From an uncultured Candidatus Saccharibacteria bacterium (lineage in GTDB: Bacteria; Patescibacteriota; WWE3; UBA101185; UBA10185), in contig CAZBAJ010000003.1 of assembly GCA_964490125.1 (NCBI GenBank), positions 33,941 through 97,940 on the forward strand: a DNA stretch of 64,000 bases, in the 5' to 3' direction. A program made the position numbers and the translations under genes. Under the pieces are notes generated by a model, which worked only from the letters and a program-made list of their open reading frames with translations, was not told where the DNA came from and did not search any database. Every line of letters begins with the position of its first letter. Positions within the stretch are counted from its first letter, which is position 1. Below, piece after piece: positions 9,706 through 18,971 of this stretch.

Positions 9706-10103
9706 GGATATTTATTCCGGAGTTTTTTAATGTCGTAGTCAAAGGAAAATACTTGCGAACTCTCTTTTTTTGCGGAAAGAAAGAGAAGTATGTCACAGAG
9801 ATCTACATTCTCGTTAGCGTAAATATTTAGGGCTTCCCATATAAAGGGTTTTGACGGAAATTCCATGTCTGTTAGTAGAATAAAATCACCCAGCATTTTT
9901 ACAAGTTGCTTTTTCTCGATTTGGTAATTGATTGTTTTTGACCCAAGGACAAAGATGCATTCAGTAATTACGCAGTCTGTAGTATAGAGTTGCGAGGTTT
10001 TTTTACTCTCCTCTAAAAACTTTTTAGCATTTTTGCTAAGTACGGGGTGATCATTAGTTAGCGCTCGGATAATTATATTTGTGTCCACAAAGACCTTTTT
10101 CAT
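9702..10103 (-). CDS. PIN-domain toxin (VapC-like)
   Basis: 'VFVDTNIIIRAL' at the N-terminus and an acidic 'SFDYD' near the C-terminus, typical of PIN. It overlaps the upstream antitoxin ORF. Confidence 0.65.
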   Translation of the reverse strand: MKKVFVDTNIIIRALTNDHPVLSKNAKKFLEESKKTSQLYTTDCVITECIFVLGSKTINYQIEKKQLVKMLGDFILLTDMEFPSKPFIWEALNIYANENVDLCDILLFLSAKKESSQVFSFDYDIKKLRNKYP

Positions 10104-10341
10104 AGCGTTCTATCGCCCTTCTGGACAGAACTTTTTTGGCTTTTGATTTTGAGATAAAGCTTTTAGCTTTTGGGAGCGAATCAAAAAATTCTCCGAGAGT
10201 CTTGTACCTTTGTGGTGAAAGGATAATTCTATCGCCCTCTTTTGTTAAAACCATCTTATCCCCCTCCTCTAGTGAGAGGTCGACTCTAACTTGGGATGGG
10301 ATAACAACCTGACCTTTGGAACTCATCGTAATGTACTGCAT
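10054..10341 (-). CDS. AbrB/SpoVT/MazE-family antitoxin (VapB-like)
   Basis: 'MSSKGQVVIPSQVR' is a swapped-hairpin (SpoVT/AbrB) motif. The start may be the internal Met at 10326. It lies immediately upstream of the PIN gene. Confidence 0.55.
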   Translation of the reverse strand: MQYITMSSKGQVVIPSQVRVDLSLEEGDKMVLTKEGDRIILSPQRYKTLGEFFDSLPKAKSFISKSKAKKVLSRRAIERYEKGLCGHKYNYPSAN

Positions 10342-10507
10342 TCTTACATATTACTAACTGACTTACTTAAAGTCAAGCGGTAAGGTGTGTTTAGCGATTA
10401 GAACTTTCCACCATTATAAGAATAATTGATTTGATAACTCCTTCTTATTCTGCTAGCATATCGACAGTAATGTTAGGCTGTGAGTCGCAACGCGGTTCAC
10501 AAAGAAA

Positions 10508-10535
10508 AGAAGTCCAAACGGGCTTCTTTTTATTT
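10508..10535. terminator. Intrinsic (bidirectional) terminator hairpin
   Basis: Stem agaagtcc / gggcttct with loop aaac, followed by TTTTATTTG on + and a T-rich run on -. It sits 45 nt downstream of the stop of the minus-strand gene 10580-11071. Confidence 0.4.
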
Positions 10536-10579
10536 GTCTCAATCGACAATTACCACAACTCGTGAATGTATTATCCTTG

Positions 10580-11071
10580 CTAATCTAGAGAATCTATTTG
10601 CTTACTGTAAGGATTTTTTAAGTTACCTTTGGTTGCAGTTTCAAGCAAATCTACACCTAGAAACCCAGTATGTTCGGTAAGGACATTTCCCGTTCTTAGG
10701 AACAGTTGATATTCTGTACTTTCTTCAAGCAGTTTAGGATTTTGGGTAAATTCTTTTTTGTATGGTGGGAATTTCTTTTCCACACCTGTTCTTGGATCAC
10801 CCTTTGAATCAGGTGCAACAGAAACTGTCTCCACTCTTACTTCTAAATCCTCAAAAATTGCCCTAGCGGATTCTATATAGGCTTCCAAGGTTAAATTAAA
10901 CTTTTCTTCAGTAGCCTTTCTGTCGACTTCCTGATAAGCTGATCCTAGTAATCTTTCCGCGCTTTCACGGGCGTAACTCTCTCTCTCGTCGCCAGTAATC
11001 GTCGGTTCGATTGTTCCATCAAAGGGTGCAATTGCTTTCATAACTTGGTTTATTGTAACAAACTTTGTCAA
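10580..11071 (-). CDS. Hypothetical protein
   Basis: 163 aa ORF with no recognised motif. It is followed by a terminator and diverges from serS. Confidence 0.4.
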   Translation of the reverse strand: MTKFVTINQVMKAIAPFDGTIEPTITGDERESYARESAERLLGSAYQEVDRKATEEKFNLTLEAYIESARAIFEDLEVRVETVSVAPDSKGDPRTGVEKKFPPYKKEFTQNPKLLEESTEYQLFLRTGNVLTEHTGFLGVDLLETATKGNLKNPYSKQIDSLD

Positions 11072-11121
11072 TATTGCAACCCCTTATTGCTTTCATAAAG
11101 CTAAAGTTGTTAAATAGGGAT

Positions 11122-12465
11122 ATGTTGGATGCCAAATACATACGGGAAAACGCCCAAAAAGTCAAAAAGAACATCCTGGACCGCGGTCTTTCGGGTCCGC
11201 AATTTGAGGTGGACGACTTTTTACGCATTGATGAAAAGAAAAGGTCCACGCTTATGGAGCTAGAGGCTTTGCGGGGCTTGCGGAACAATCTTTCTGGCAA
11301 TTCAGGTAAGCCGTCCCCAGAAGTCGTCCAAAAAGCTAAAGAAGCTAAAGAGCAAATTAAAGTGCTGGAGGACGACTTAAAAGAGCTGGACAAAAAATGG
11401 CAATGGTACATGGATTGGTTTCCAAATACGCTGGACGACTTGGTGCCGGTTGGGGCGGGTGAGGGCGACAATGTGGAATTAAAAGCGTGGTCGCCAGATA
11501 AAGGTTATTTTTCCAAAGAAGATTTGGGTAAAAAAGACTTTTCTAAAAAACTAATGCCCACACTTAATTTTGCGGGTAAGGATCATTTGGATCTTGGGCA
11601 GTCGCTTGACATTATTGACAACAAGCAAAGCGCCATAGTTTCCGGCAGTCGCTTTGTGTATTTAAAAAAGGAAGCGGTTTTATTGCAATACGCCTTGTTT
11701 GAACATCTTAAACAAAAACTCCTCCAAGAAGGTTTTATTCCAATGGTGGTGCCGTTAATTGTTAAGCGCCAAGCTTTGTACGGCAGTTCCCATTTTCCGG
11801 GCGACGAGAGTCAAATATATAAATTAGACCAAGGAGGAATAGAAGAAAACGAGGAAAAGTTTTTAGTAGGGTCTTCGGAGCCGTCGCTTTTTGCTTATTA
11901 CATGGACAAGATGGTGCAGGAAAAAGAATTGCCCCAAAAAATGTTTGCCATTACCACTTGTTTTAGGACGGAGGTTGGTTCTTGGGGTAAAGATGTGCGG
12001 GGTATAAAGCGGGTTCATCAGTTTGACAAGTTGGAGATGGATTTAATTTGTCGCCCCGACCAGTCGGAAGAATTGCATGAGTACTTATTGTCAATAAACG
12101 AGTGGTTTTTGCAATCTTTGGAGCTTCCTTACCATGTAATTTTAATGTGTTCTGGTGATTCGGGCTATTTTGCCACTTCTAAAAAGTACGACTTTGAGGG
12201 ATGGCTTCCGCACACGGGTGAGTTTATCGAGTTGGGTAGTGATACTAATGCTAAGGATTATCAAGCCCGCAGGTACAATACTCGGTATCGGACGCGTGAG
12301 AATAAAGTGGAGTTCGTGTATAATGTTAACGATACGGGTTGCGCGGCGGGCAGAACAATTGTCGCCATTTTGGAAAACTATCAACAGGCAGACGGTAGCG
12401 TAGTTGTACCTAAGGTTTTACGACAACATATGGGTGGGTTAGAGGTTATTAAGGCAATAAAGTAA
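11122..12465 (+). CDS. serS: Serine--tRNA ligase
   Basis: N-terminus 'MLDAKYIRENAQ', a coiled-coil arm, and class II motifs 'TCFRTEVGSWGKDVRGIKRVHQFDKLEM'. Start moved to the Met at 11122. Confidence 0.85.
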   Translation: MLDAKYIRENAQKVKKNILDRGLSGPQFEVDDFLRIDEKKRSTLMELEALRGLRNNLSGNSGKPSPEVVQKAKEAKEQIKVLEDDLKELDKKWQWYMDWFPNTLDDLVPVGAGEGDNVELKAWSPDKGYFSKEDLGKKDFSKKLMPTLNFAGKDHLDLGQSLDIIDNKQSAIVSGSRFVYLKKEAVLLQYALFEHLKQKLLQEGFIPMVVPLIVKRQALYGSSHFPGDESQIYKLDQGGIEENEEKFLVGSSEPSLFAYYMDKMVQEKELPQKMFAITTCFRTEVGSWGKDVRGIKRVHQFDKLEMDLICRPDQSEELHEYLLSINEWFLQSLELPYHVILMCSGDSGYFATSKKYDFEGWLPHTGEFIELGSDTNAKDYQARRYNTRYRTRENKVEFVYNVNDTGCAAGRTIVAILENYQQADGSVVVPKVLRQHMGGLEVIKAIK

Positions 12466-12592
12466 ATCAAACCACACTTTGGGATCGTTCCGATTGGTTA
12501 AAAAAGGGATCTCCTAATAAGTCGTTTAAAATGAGTTAACTCAAGTCCACGCATCTTGAATCTAAAGTCCTAAAATAGTATAGTGGTGGCAA

Positions 12593-13282
12593 ATGACTGT
12601 CTTTGACGGCATTAAACTGCCAAAAACTATATACGAGGTTGACTCGCAATTCAATGGAAAAATCAGTGTCATAGAAGTTGGTTCCACCCGCAAATTAAGC
12701 GTAGAAGGCGTGGTGCAATCAGTCAATTGGGATTCTCCTAATGCAGGTAGACAGGTTTGGGGGCGACTTGTGGAAAACCTGTACGAACAAATGCCGGAGC
12801 TTAAAACTGCTTTAGTTTTGGGCTTGGGTGGAGGTTCTATGCAACATTTAATGTCGCAAAAATTTCCCGGTATTCATATAACCAGCGTAGAAATTGACAA
12901 AGTTATGGTTGAGGTAGCGCAAAAATATTTTGGACTTGATGACATTCCAAACCACCGTGTTATAGTGGGCGACGCTTTAAAAGTTATTGCCGTGCCAGAG
13001 GAGTATGGTATTGCTAACAACAGCATGCAGGCGGTAATTGTAGATATTTTCTGCGGTCAAAAATACCCAGACCTTGGTTCCAGTGGTAACTTTTTTGCTT
13101 GCGTTAAAAATTTAGTGGTGCCTGGTGGGTTGGTGGTTTTTAACCGCATTTATTTAGAACATCACCAGGAGCAAGTTAATCAATTTATAGACTCACTAGA
13201 GACCTTTTTTAGCGACATAAAATCAGTAGTTATTGCAGGTCGTACTAACTCCGATAATGTTATTATCTTTTGTAGGGCGTAG
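12593..13282 (+). CDS. Spermidine synthase-like (aminopropyltransferase-fold) protein
   Basis: 'ALVLGLGGGSMQHL...ITSVEID' glycine-rich MTase/PAPT fold and 'VIVGDA'. Confidence 0.5.
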   Translation: MTVFDGIKLPKTIYEVDSQFNGKISVIEVGSTRKLSVEGVVQSVNWDSPNAGRQVWGRLVENLYEQMPELKTALVLGLGGGSMQHLMSQKFPGIHITSVEIDKVMVEVAQKYFGLDDIPNHRVIVGDALKVIAVPEEYGIANNSMQAVIVDIFCGQKYPDLGSSGNFFACVKNLVVPGGLVVFNRIYLEHHQEQVNQFIDSLETFFSDIKSVVIAGRTNSDNVIIFCRA

Positions 13283-13404
13283 TCACTCCCGCCCGTTTGA
13301 CACTATGGGTCTTTTAGCGTAAAATAAGGCGTTGTAACAAGTTTCCCCTGTCCAAAAGTCAATAAGTAGCAGTTAATGACGCTAAGGTATTTTTACGGAG
13401 GTAT

Positions 13405-14055
13405 ATGCAAATAGACCTACAAACAAACGAACAGTTAACAAGCGTATTAAGAAGCGCAGAAAACATTGCGGTTATTCCAGCCAAGGGCGCGGGCATGGAC
13501 GCCTTTTGTGCCGGTCTTGCTATGCAGTTAATGTTAAAAAGCCTAGACAAGTCGGCTAAACTTTTTTACCCCGGCGAAGTACCAGAAAGTTGCAAGGAGT
13601 TAATAAATGAGTCGGACATTGTAACGGCTTTTTCCCAAAGACAGCTTACGGTTTCTATTGATTATTCCGGTGAGCACGACGCAAAAGCTTGGTACGAGCC
13701 GGCGGGGGAAATTCTTAAAGTCAAACTGGCTCCCGTAAGTAAGGATTTTGACCCTAATTTAAAGGTTCGCTCGCGGTTGGACACGGGTTTTGAATACGAT
13801 ACCGCAATAATTATTGGTGCCAACGAGCTTGAGGATTTAGGCTTTGTCTACAATGAAATTCGTGTTGACCTTGCCAAGTCCACAATTATTAACCTGTCAA
13901 ATTCCAGTAAAAACAACCGGTTTGGAAGCATAAATGTAATAGATCCCATGTGCGTCTCGTTGAGTCAGTTGGTTATAAAAAAAGCCCCACTTTGGGAGTT
14001 AAACATAACTACTCAAGCCGCCCAAGCTTTGCTTCTGGGCATTACGCAGAAATAA
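13405..14055 (+). CDS. DHH-family phosphoesterase-like protein (NrnA-like N-domain, degenerate motif I)
   Basis: 'IAVIPAKGAGMDAFCAGLAMQLMLKSLDK' resembles NrnA 'HxNPDGDAIGSxLAL', but the Asp/His positions are replaced, so it may be catalytically inactive. Confidence 0.35.
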   Translation: MQIDLQTNEQLTSVLRSAENIAVIPAKGAGMDAFCAGLAMQLMLKSLDKSAKLFYPGEVPESCKELINESDIVTAFSQRQLTVSIDYSGEHDAKAWYEPAGEILKVKLAPVSKDFDPNLKVRSRLDTGFEYDTAIIIGANELEDLGFVYNEIRVDLAKSTIINLSNSSKNNRFGSINVIDPMCVSLSQLVIKKAPLWELNITTQAAQALLLGITQK

Positions 14056-14074
14056 TTTGTGCTAAAATAGCCGT

Positions 14075-15052
14075 ATGAAAATTCTTGTGACAGGTTGTGC
14101 GGGGTTTATTGGGTCGGATTTAACCGAATATTTTCTAAACAGAGGGCACGAGGTAATCGGTCTCGACAATTTTAATAATTACTATGATCCCAAGATAAAG
14201 GAATTTAACATTTTAGAATTTAAGGATAATCCTAAGTTTAAGTTGTTCCGGACAGACATTACTGATAGAAAAGAACTTTGGAAGGTTTTTGACGAGAATG
14301 AAATTGACGGAATCGCCCATTTTGCCGCCTATGCTGGTGTTACGCAATCTAACGCTGATCCTAATACTTGGGTTTTTAATAATATTGACGGAACCAGTAA
14401 CCTAGCCGAATTTGCAGTCAAGAAAAAAGTCAAAAGTTTTGTTCTCTCCTCCACATCATCTGTTTATGGATCTAACCCGACTCCGTATAGAGAAGATATG
14501 TCTACGGACGGACCTTTGGGAATTTATCCCGCCAGTAAAAAAGCGGACGAGGTGCTTTTGTATGCTTACTCTTCCTGTTTTAATTTAAATGTATCAATAC
14601 TTAGGTTTTTTAATCCCATTGGACCAAGGCTCCGTCCGGATATGGCGATTCCTAAATTAGTACGCGCCGCAGAATACGGCTACACCTTTACGCTCTATCA
14701 AGGGACAGAGTCCTCAAGAGATTACACCTACATTGAAAATATGGCGCAGGCGGTAGAAACTTGTCTTACAAAACCCTTTAAATACGAAATTCTCAATATA
14801 GGAAATGCCAGACCCGTTACTCTAAAGGAGTTATTGGAGTCCGTACAAAGGGTGTCGGGCAAGACAATTAAAACAATTAGAGATGACCGACCAGGTCAAA
14901 TGCAGGTAACCTGTGCGGATACAACTAAAGCCCAAAAACTTATTGGTTATAATCCGTCCGTAACTTTAGATCAGATGGTTGAAAAATATTACGAATGGTT
15001 TTTAAAACAACCGGAGTGGTATAAAAAAGGAGAGGAATCATGGATGGTTTAA
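14075..15052 (+). CDS. NAD-dependent nucleotide-sugar epimerase/dehydratase
   Basis: 'VTGCAGFIGS' Rossmann motif and 'YPASK' (YxxxK) catalytic motif. Confidence 0.8.
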   Translation: MKILVTGCAGFIGSDLTEYFLNRGHEVIGLDNFNNYYDPKIKEFNILEFKDNPKFKLFRTDITDRKELWKVFDENEIDGIAHFAAYAGVTQSNADPNTWVFNNIDGTSNLAEFAVKKKVKSFVLSSTSSVYGSNPTPYREDMSTDGPLGIYPASKKADEVLLYAYSSCFNLNVSILRFFNPIGPRLRPDMAIPKLVRAAEYGYTFTLYQGTESSRDYTYIENMAQAVETCLTKPFKYEILNIGNARPVTLKELLESVQRVSGKTIKTIRDDRPGQMQVTCADTTKAQKLIGYNPSVTLDQMVEKYYEWFLKQPEWYKKGEESWMV

Positions 15053-16101
15053 AGATAAAAACGCCAAAACTTTACTCTACAAAACCGGCAAATGGCTTGG
15101 TTTCTATTGTCATTCCGGCGTATAAGGAGTCTGGCAATATTGCTACTTACCAGGAAAAACTGTTTCCATATTTGGACAAATTGCCGTACAAATATGAGTT
15201 AGTTATTGTGGACGATGGATCTAATGATAAGTCAGCAAACGATGAAACTTGGGATAAATTAGTGGCGCTTCATCAAAGTCAACCAGAAAAAGTAACTATT
15301 GTAAGACATGCTAGAAACTATGGTATGACCAGCGCCATGCAAACAGGCGTGGAGGCTTCCAGGGGCGACTATGTACTTTTTTACTCCGCGGATCTAGAGA
15401 TTCATCCCAAAGAAATTGCTAGGGTTATAGAAAAGTTGGACGAAGGGTACGACTTTGTAAACACTTTGCGCCAAAAGCGCTGGAGTGAAAGCGGTTTTAA
15501 TAAACTCGTCCGACAGGTGCCTTCTAAAATGGCCAACAGGCTGGCAAACAAAATTTTAGGCTCCACCATTACCGACAACGGCTCCGGTCTTAAAGGCTAC
15601 AAGCGCTTTATTTTAGAAAACTTTAAATTTTACGGGGAAATTCAGCGCCTTATGGGCTCTTACACCGCCTTTTTTACCAAGCGGTACATAGAAATTCCCG
15701 TAGAGTACTACGAGCGAACCTTTGGAGAAAGCGCTTACGGAGGCATTAGGGGTCTGTTTAAGCGCACCTTTGCGGTGTTTTTGGACTTGGCAGAGCTAAA
15801 ATTTATGACCACATTTTCCACCAAGCCGTTTACGCTAAAGCCCGGTCGCGCGTTTGGGTTTAGTGGCATGATTGTTTCCTTTTTGGGTTTGGTGACTACT
15901 TTATACATGCTGGGGCTTAAGCTTTTTACTGACGCAAGCATAGGTTCCCGTCCGTTATTTATTGTTGGACTTATTTTTATTGTTTTAGGCGTTCAGCTTG
16001 TGGTTATGGGCATGCTTGGTGAATTATTACTGCGGGTTTATTACGAAAGTGGCTCCACTAAGAACTTTGTGGTGGCGGAAAAGCATATGGCTAGGGGTTA
16101 A
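15040..16101 (+). CDS. GT2 glycosyltransferase with C-terminal transmembrane domain
   Basis: 'SIVIPAYKESGNI' and 'IVDDGSNDKS'. Two C-terminal transmembrane helices. Confidence 0.7.
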   Translation: MDGLKIKTPKLYSTKPANGLVSIVIPAYKESGNIATYQEKLFPYLDKLPYKYELVIVDDGSNDKSANDETWDKLVALHQSQPEKVTIVRHARNYGMTSAMQTGVEASRGDYVLFYSADLEIHPKEIARVIEKLDEGYDFVNTLRQKRWSESGFNKLVRQVPSKMANRLANKILGSTITDNGSGLKGYKRFILENFKFYGEIQRLMGSYTAFFTKRYIEIPVEYYERTFGESAYGGIRGLFKRTFAVFLDLAELKFMTTFSTKPFTLKPGRAFGFSGMIVSFLGLVTTLYMLGLKLFTDASIGSRPLFIVGLIFIVLGVQLVVMGMLGELLLRVYYESGSTKNFVVAEKHMARG

Positions 16102-16124
16102 GGAGTTTGGACTTTATAGTTCGT

Positions 16125-16310
16125 CTAACTTTTTGTTACTGCATTTCTTCCTTTTTTAGTCGTAAAGGGATTATCTATTCTTTCTAACTTACCCATATAA
16201 TCGGCTATGCTGTGAGTGTCCCAAAACAAGGCCTCCTTTTCAACATCATTAAATTTTGGTATTTCCTTGGCTTTATTTATAGTCATAGTGATAAATAACC
16301 TCAGCACCAT
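16125..16310 (-). pseudogene. BrnA/CopG-like antitoxin, N-terminal fragment (truncated paralog of the gene at 37361-37660)
   Basis: 'IPKFNDVEKEALFWDTHSIADY' matches the 'PKF...EE.EFWE.H...DY' N-terminal motif of BrnA-type antitoxins. It lacks the C-terminal ribbon-helix-helix part present in the 99 aa paralog. Confidence 0.35.
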
Positions 16311-16650
16311 TCTACCCTATTGCATCGGAAAATTTTGACAATGGATAAACTAATAACATAGGTTCGACAAATCTTTAGGTTTTTGCTACAATTCCAACTA
16401 TTCTGTTTACTTTCCAACTCATTTGTTTGGAGTAAGTAGTAGCCCTTTTACAACTAATTTTGGACGACTTTTGGACGGACTAATTCAGCTCCCACGATCT
16501 TACTGATTATAAATACTTTGTGCGACTGGGTATGTGCATCGACAGATTATTTAACCTTGGAGGTTGTGTTAGTTCGTCCAGACGGACAGCGAAGCCCAAA
16601 GCGTCTGCCGAGGGCTATTTTCTTTCACCCCGCAAAGCGGGAAGGAGAAC

Positions 16651-17532
16651 ATGATGTCACCCGTTCCTGTAGCAATCGCAGCCTTGTTTTTGGTCAGCGC
16701 CTTGCTGGCTCCATTGGCGATGCCTTCCGTCGTCACCGCCTCGGTCACCCAGACCGAATCTTCCCCACTTCCGTGGGGTTCCGCCACGCCAACCCTGCTG
16801 ATCTCGCCCCTAACGGGCGAAACCCACGCGGTGTGGGTTGAGCGAGAGGGTTATACCAAAATCCGCCACTCGGTCGAGGCGACCGCCAGCGACTGGACTT
16901 ACGAAACCTACCCCGTCGCCTACGGCGACGCGCCGGATGTCGAATTCACCCAGGACGGTGTACTTCATATAGTGTTCGAAAACCAGTTCATGGGGAACTG
17001 GGAAATCTACTATGTGAAGTTGACCCCAGGGGCGGAGCGTTGGTCGCTTCCGATCAACGGTGCTTATACCCTGGGTGAGTCCCGAAACCCGAGGATGACG
17101 ACCGTCCCCGATGGTGTAGTTCGTATAGTCTGGCAGGACAACACGCCGGGCTATTGGACAATTTACCGGGGGGAACAGTGCGGTGCAGAACTGCAGTTTT
17201 TCTGCAACCGCCCCATTCCCTCAGGTAGAGGATTTGGACCAGATATTTTAGGCGACTGGATTGTCTGGCAAGACACCCCAAGTTGGGAAGGGGGAAATTT
17301 AATCCTCCTCCAGCACCAAGGAGAGTCCGTCTCGTGGATCGTCAACGAGACGGTCCAGTCTTTTGATGGACCCCGCATCCTGCCAGGTGGCGGGGTCCGG
17401 ATTCGCTGGTCGGACGCTGATGGCGCGGATTGGTTCTGCGACGCCTGGTCAGATCCCGAGGGGCGAATCCTTTTGGGGTATGTGTTGCCTTGGAAAGATT
17501 TCAGGATTTTTCTGCCCTCCGTAATTAAGTAG
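16651..17532 (+). CDS. Secreted PD40/TolB-like beta-propeller repeat protein, encoded in a GC-rich island
   Basis: N-terminal signal peptide. Repeated blades 'HAVWVEREGYTKI', 'HIVFENQFMGNWEIYYVKL', 'VRIVWQDNTPGYWTIY', 'WIVWQDTPSWEGG'. RBS GGAAGGAG lies 7 nt upstream. Local GC is about 58-60% against about 40% background. Confidence 0.5.
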   Translation: MMSPVPVAIAALFLVSALLAPLAMPSVVTASVTQTESSPLPWGSATPTLLISPLTGETHAVWVEREGYTKIRHSVEATASDWTYETYPVAYGDAPDVEFTQDGVLHIVFENQFMGNWEIYYVKLTPGAERWSLPINGAYTLGESRNPRMTTVPDGVVRIVWQDNTPGYWTIYRGEQCGAELQFFCNRPIPSGRGFGPDILGDWIVWQDTPSWEGGNLILLQHQGESVSWIVNETVQSFDGPRILPGGGVRIRWSDADGADWFCDAWSDPEGRILLGYVLPWKDFRIFLPSVIK

Positions 17533-17678
17533 GGTTAGTCCGGAGGGTTTAATGGGAGGGGTGAGTTGCCACACAAAGTCGTGTGTCGATTTGCCTCTCC
17601 TGAAGTCAGTACCGATAATTTTTGAAAATGTTTTACTCGCCGTTACTTAGTCGTAAAAATTAGTTAAACTTAGTTAAA

Positions 17679-18830
17679 CTAATGTCCAATTGTGGAATTA
17701 TCGCCTAAAAATTGTCGCTCAACCAAACTACCGTCTGCAACCGTCCCACCACGACCTAAAAAGGACCCAATAATTTTGCAATTTTTACCAATCTGCCACG
17801 CGTCCAAAATATTACTTTCAACAACCTCCGTCCCCCCGCCAACAAAAGAAAGATCCCCAATTGAGCAGTTGCGCAAATAAACCCCGTCCTCCACCACACT
17901 ATCTTTTCCTATAAATACGCTTCCTTCAACTTTAATTTTACCGTCCCTAATTTTGTCAATAGTTTGCAAAGCCTGTTTTAGCGCAAAGCTACTTCTACCG
18001 CGCACCCAAACCTTGCAGTTTTCATTTCTATACTGCGTGCAAACCCGCGCCAAAAAGTTTTCCATACATGGCGTGGGGGAGCGTAAAAGGGAAAGTACGC
18101 TTGCTAAATGTTCCTGCGGATTGCCAAAGTCGTACCAGGGATGGTCAAAAATATAACCGCCTACTAACCCTTTAGCCGTAAGCTGGGGAATAACATGTTT
18201 GCCAAAGTCGGCGTGCAAAAAATTAAAAACGCTGGGTTTTATAAAGTAAATTCCGGTATTTACCAAAGCGCCGTTTTTATACGCGTCACCAGGTTTTTCT
18301 AAAAAGTTGGTAATTTGGTGCGACATGGGGTTATACTCCGCTACACCTAGCTGGCTTCCGTCTTGGACATGAGTTAGGGCTACAACAAAGTCGTACGACG
18401 ATTTTAAGGCAACCTCGCTAAAATTTTTGATGTCTTCCCCCCAAAAAAGGTTGTCGGACTGACAGATGATGACGGGTTGGTCAATGGAAAACTCTTGAAT
18501 ATTGTAGCGCGCGCTATCCGCGTTTCCTGTATCGCTATAATTTGGATTTTGGTACTCAAAATGCGCCTGTGGTGTTATGCCAAGCTTGCCGCTCCAGCCG
18601 GAACCGCCCTGAAAGTAGTTTTGCAGGTTTATATAGTGGTTTGCACCTTTTACGCCAAAAATGAATTTTCTTAGTTTTGCGCCGTGGGTTAGGGCGTACA
18701 GGATAAGCTCCAAAATGGGAAAGTTGTTTATTACGGGTACTAAAGGTTTAGACCTGTTTTCTGTGTACGGTTTTAAGCGTTTACCCTCCCCGCCGGTTGG
18801 TATTATGATGTAAAGGTCTTGCGGTAACAT
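17679..18830 (-). CDS. Sugar-1-phosphate nucleotidylyltransferase (NTP-transferase N-domain plus C-terminal left-handed beta-helix)
   Basis: 'IIIPTGGEGKRLKPYTENRSKPLVPV' (G-x-G-x-R...K signature), with hexapeptide repeats in the C-terminal third. Confidence 0.75.
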   Translation of the reverse strand: MLPQDLYIIIPTGGEGKRLKPYTENRSKPLVPVINNFPILELILYALTHGAKLRKFIFGVKGANHYINLQNYFQGGSGWSGKLGITPQAHFEYQNPNYSDTGNADSARYNIQEFSIDQPVIICQSDNLFWGEDIKNFSEVALKSSYDFVVALTHVQDGSQLGVAEYNPMSHQITNFLEKPGDAYKNGALVNTGIYFIKPSVFNFLHADFGKHVIPQLTAKGLVGGYIFDHPWYDFGNPQEHLASVLSLLRSPTPCMENFLARVCTQYRNENCKVWVRGRSSFALKQALQTIDKIRDGKIKVEGSVFIGKDSVVEDGVYLRNCSIGDLSFVGGGTEVVESNILDAWQIGKNCKIIGSFLGRGGTVADGSLVERQFLGDNSTIGH

Positions 18831-18881
18831 AATGCGGTAGTATAACCTTTATTGTTGGTTTGTGTCAAAAACGCCAAGGGC

Positions 18882-18971
18882 TGGCGGAGGGTGTGGGATT
18901 CGAACCCACGAGCGGCTTTGACACCGCTACGGTTTAGCAAACCGTTGCCGTAACCACTTGGCTAACCCTCC
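18882..18971 (-). tRNA. tRNA-Ser (anticodon GCU)
   Basis: Reverse complement GGAGGGTTAGCCAAGTGGTTACGGCAACGGTTTGCTAAACCGT... with anticodon loop TTGCTAA, a long variable arm, T-loop GGTTCGAATCC and encoded CCA. Confidence 0.85.

Noticed and set aside
10480-10680. ORF 10480-10680 (+), 66 aa
   Set aside because: It spans the intrinsic terminator hairpin and the 3' end of the convergent gene. It has no RBS or motif.
16518-17378. ORFs 16518-16841 (+), 16569-16787 (-), 17054-17281 (-) and 17163-17378 (-) within the GC-rich island
   Set aside because: High GC removes stop codons in all frames. They overlap the signal-peptide beta-propeller gene, which has an RBS and repeat structure.
16520-17600. 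Interpreting the GC-rich island as contamination or misassembly
   Set aside because: This cannot be excluded from sequence alone. However, both flanks are continuous low-GC sequence with intact neighbouring genes, so it is reported as a candidate horizontal acquisition pending coverage checks.
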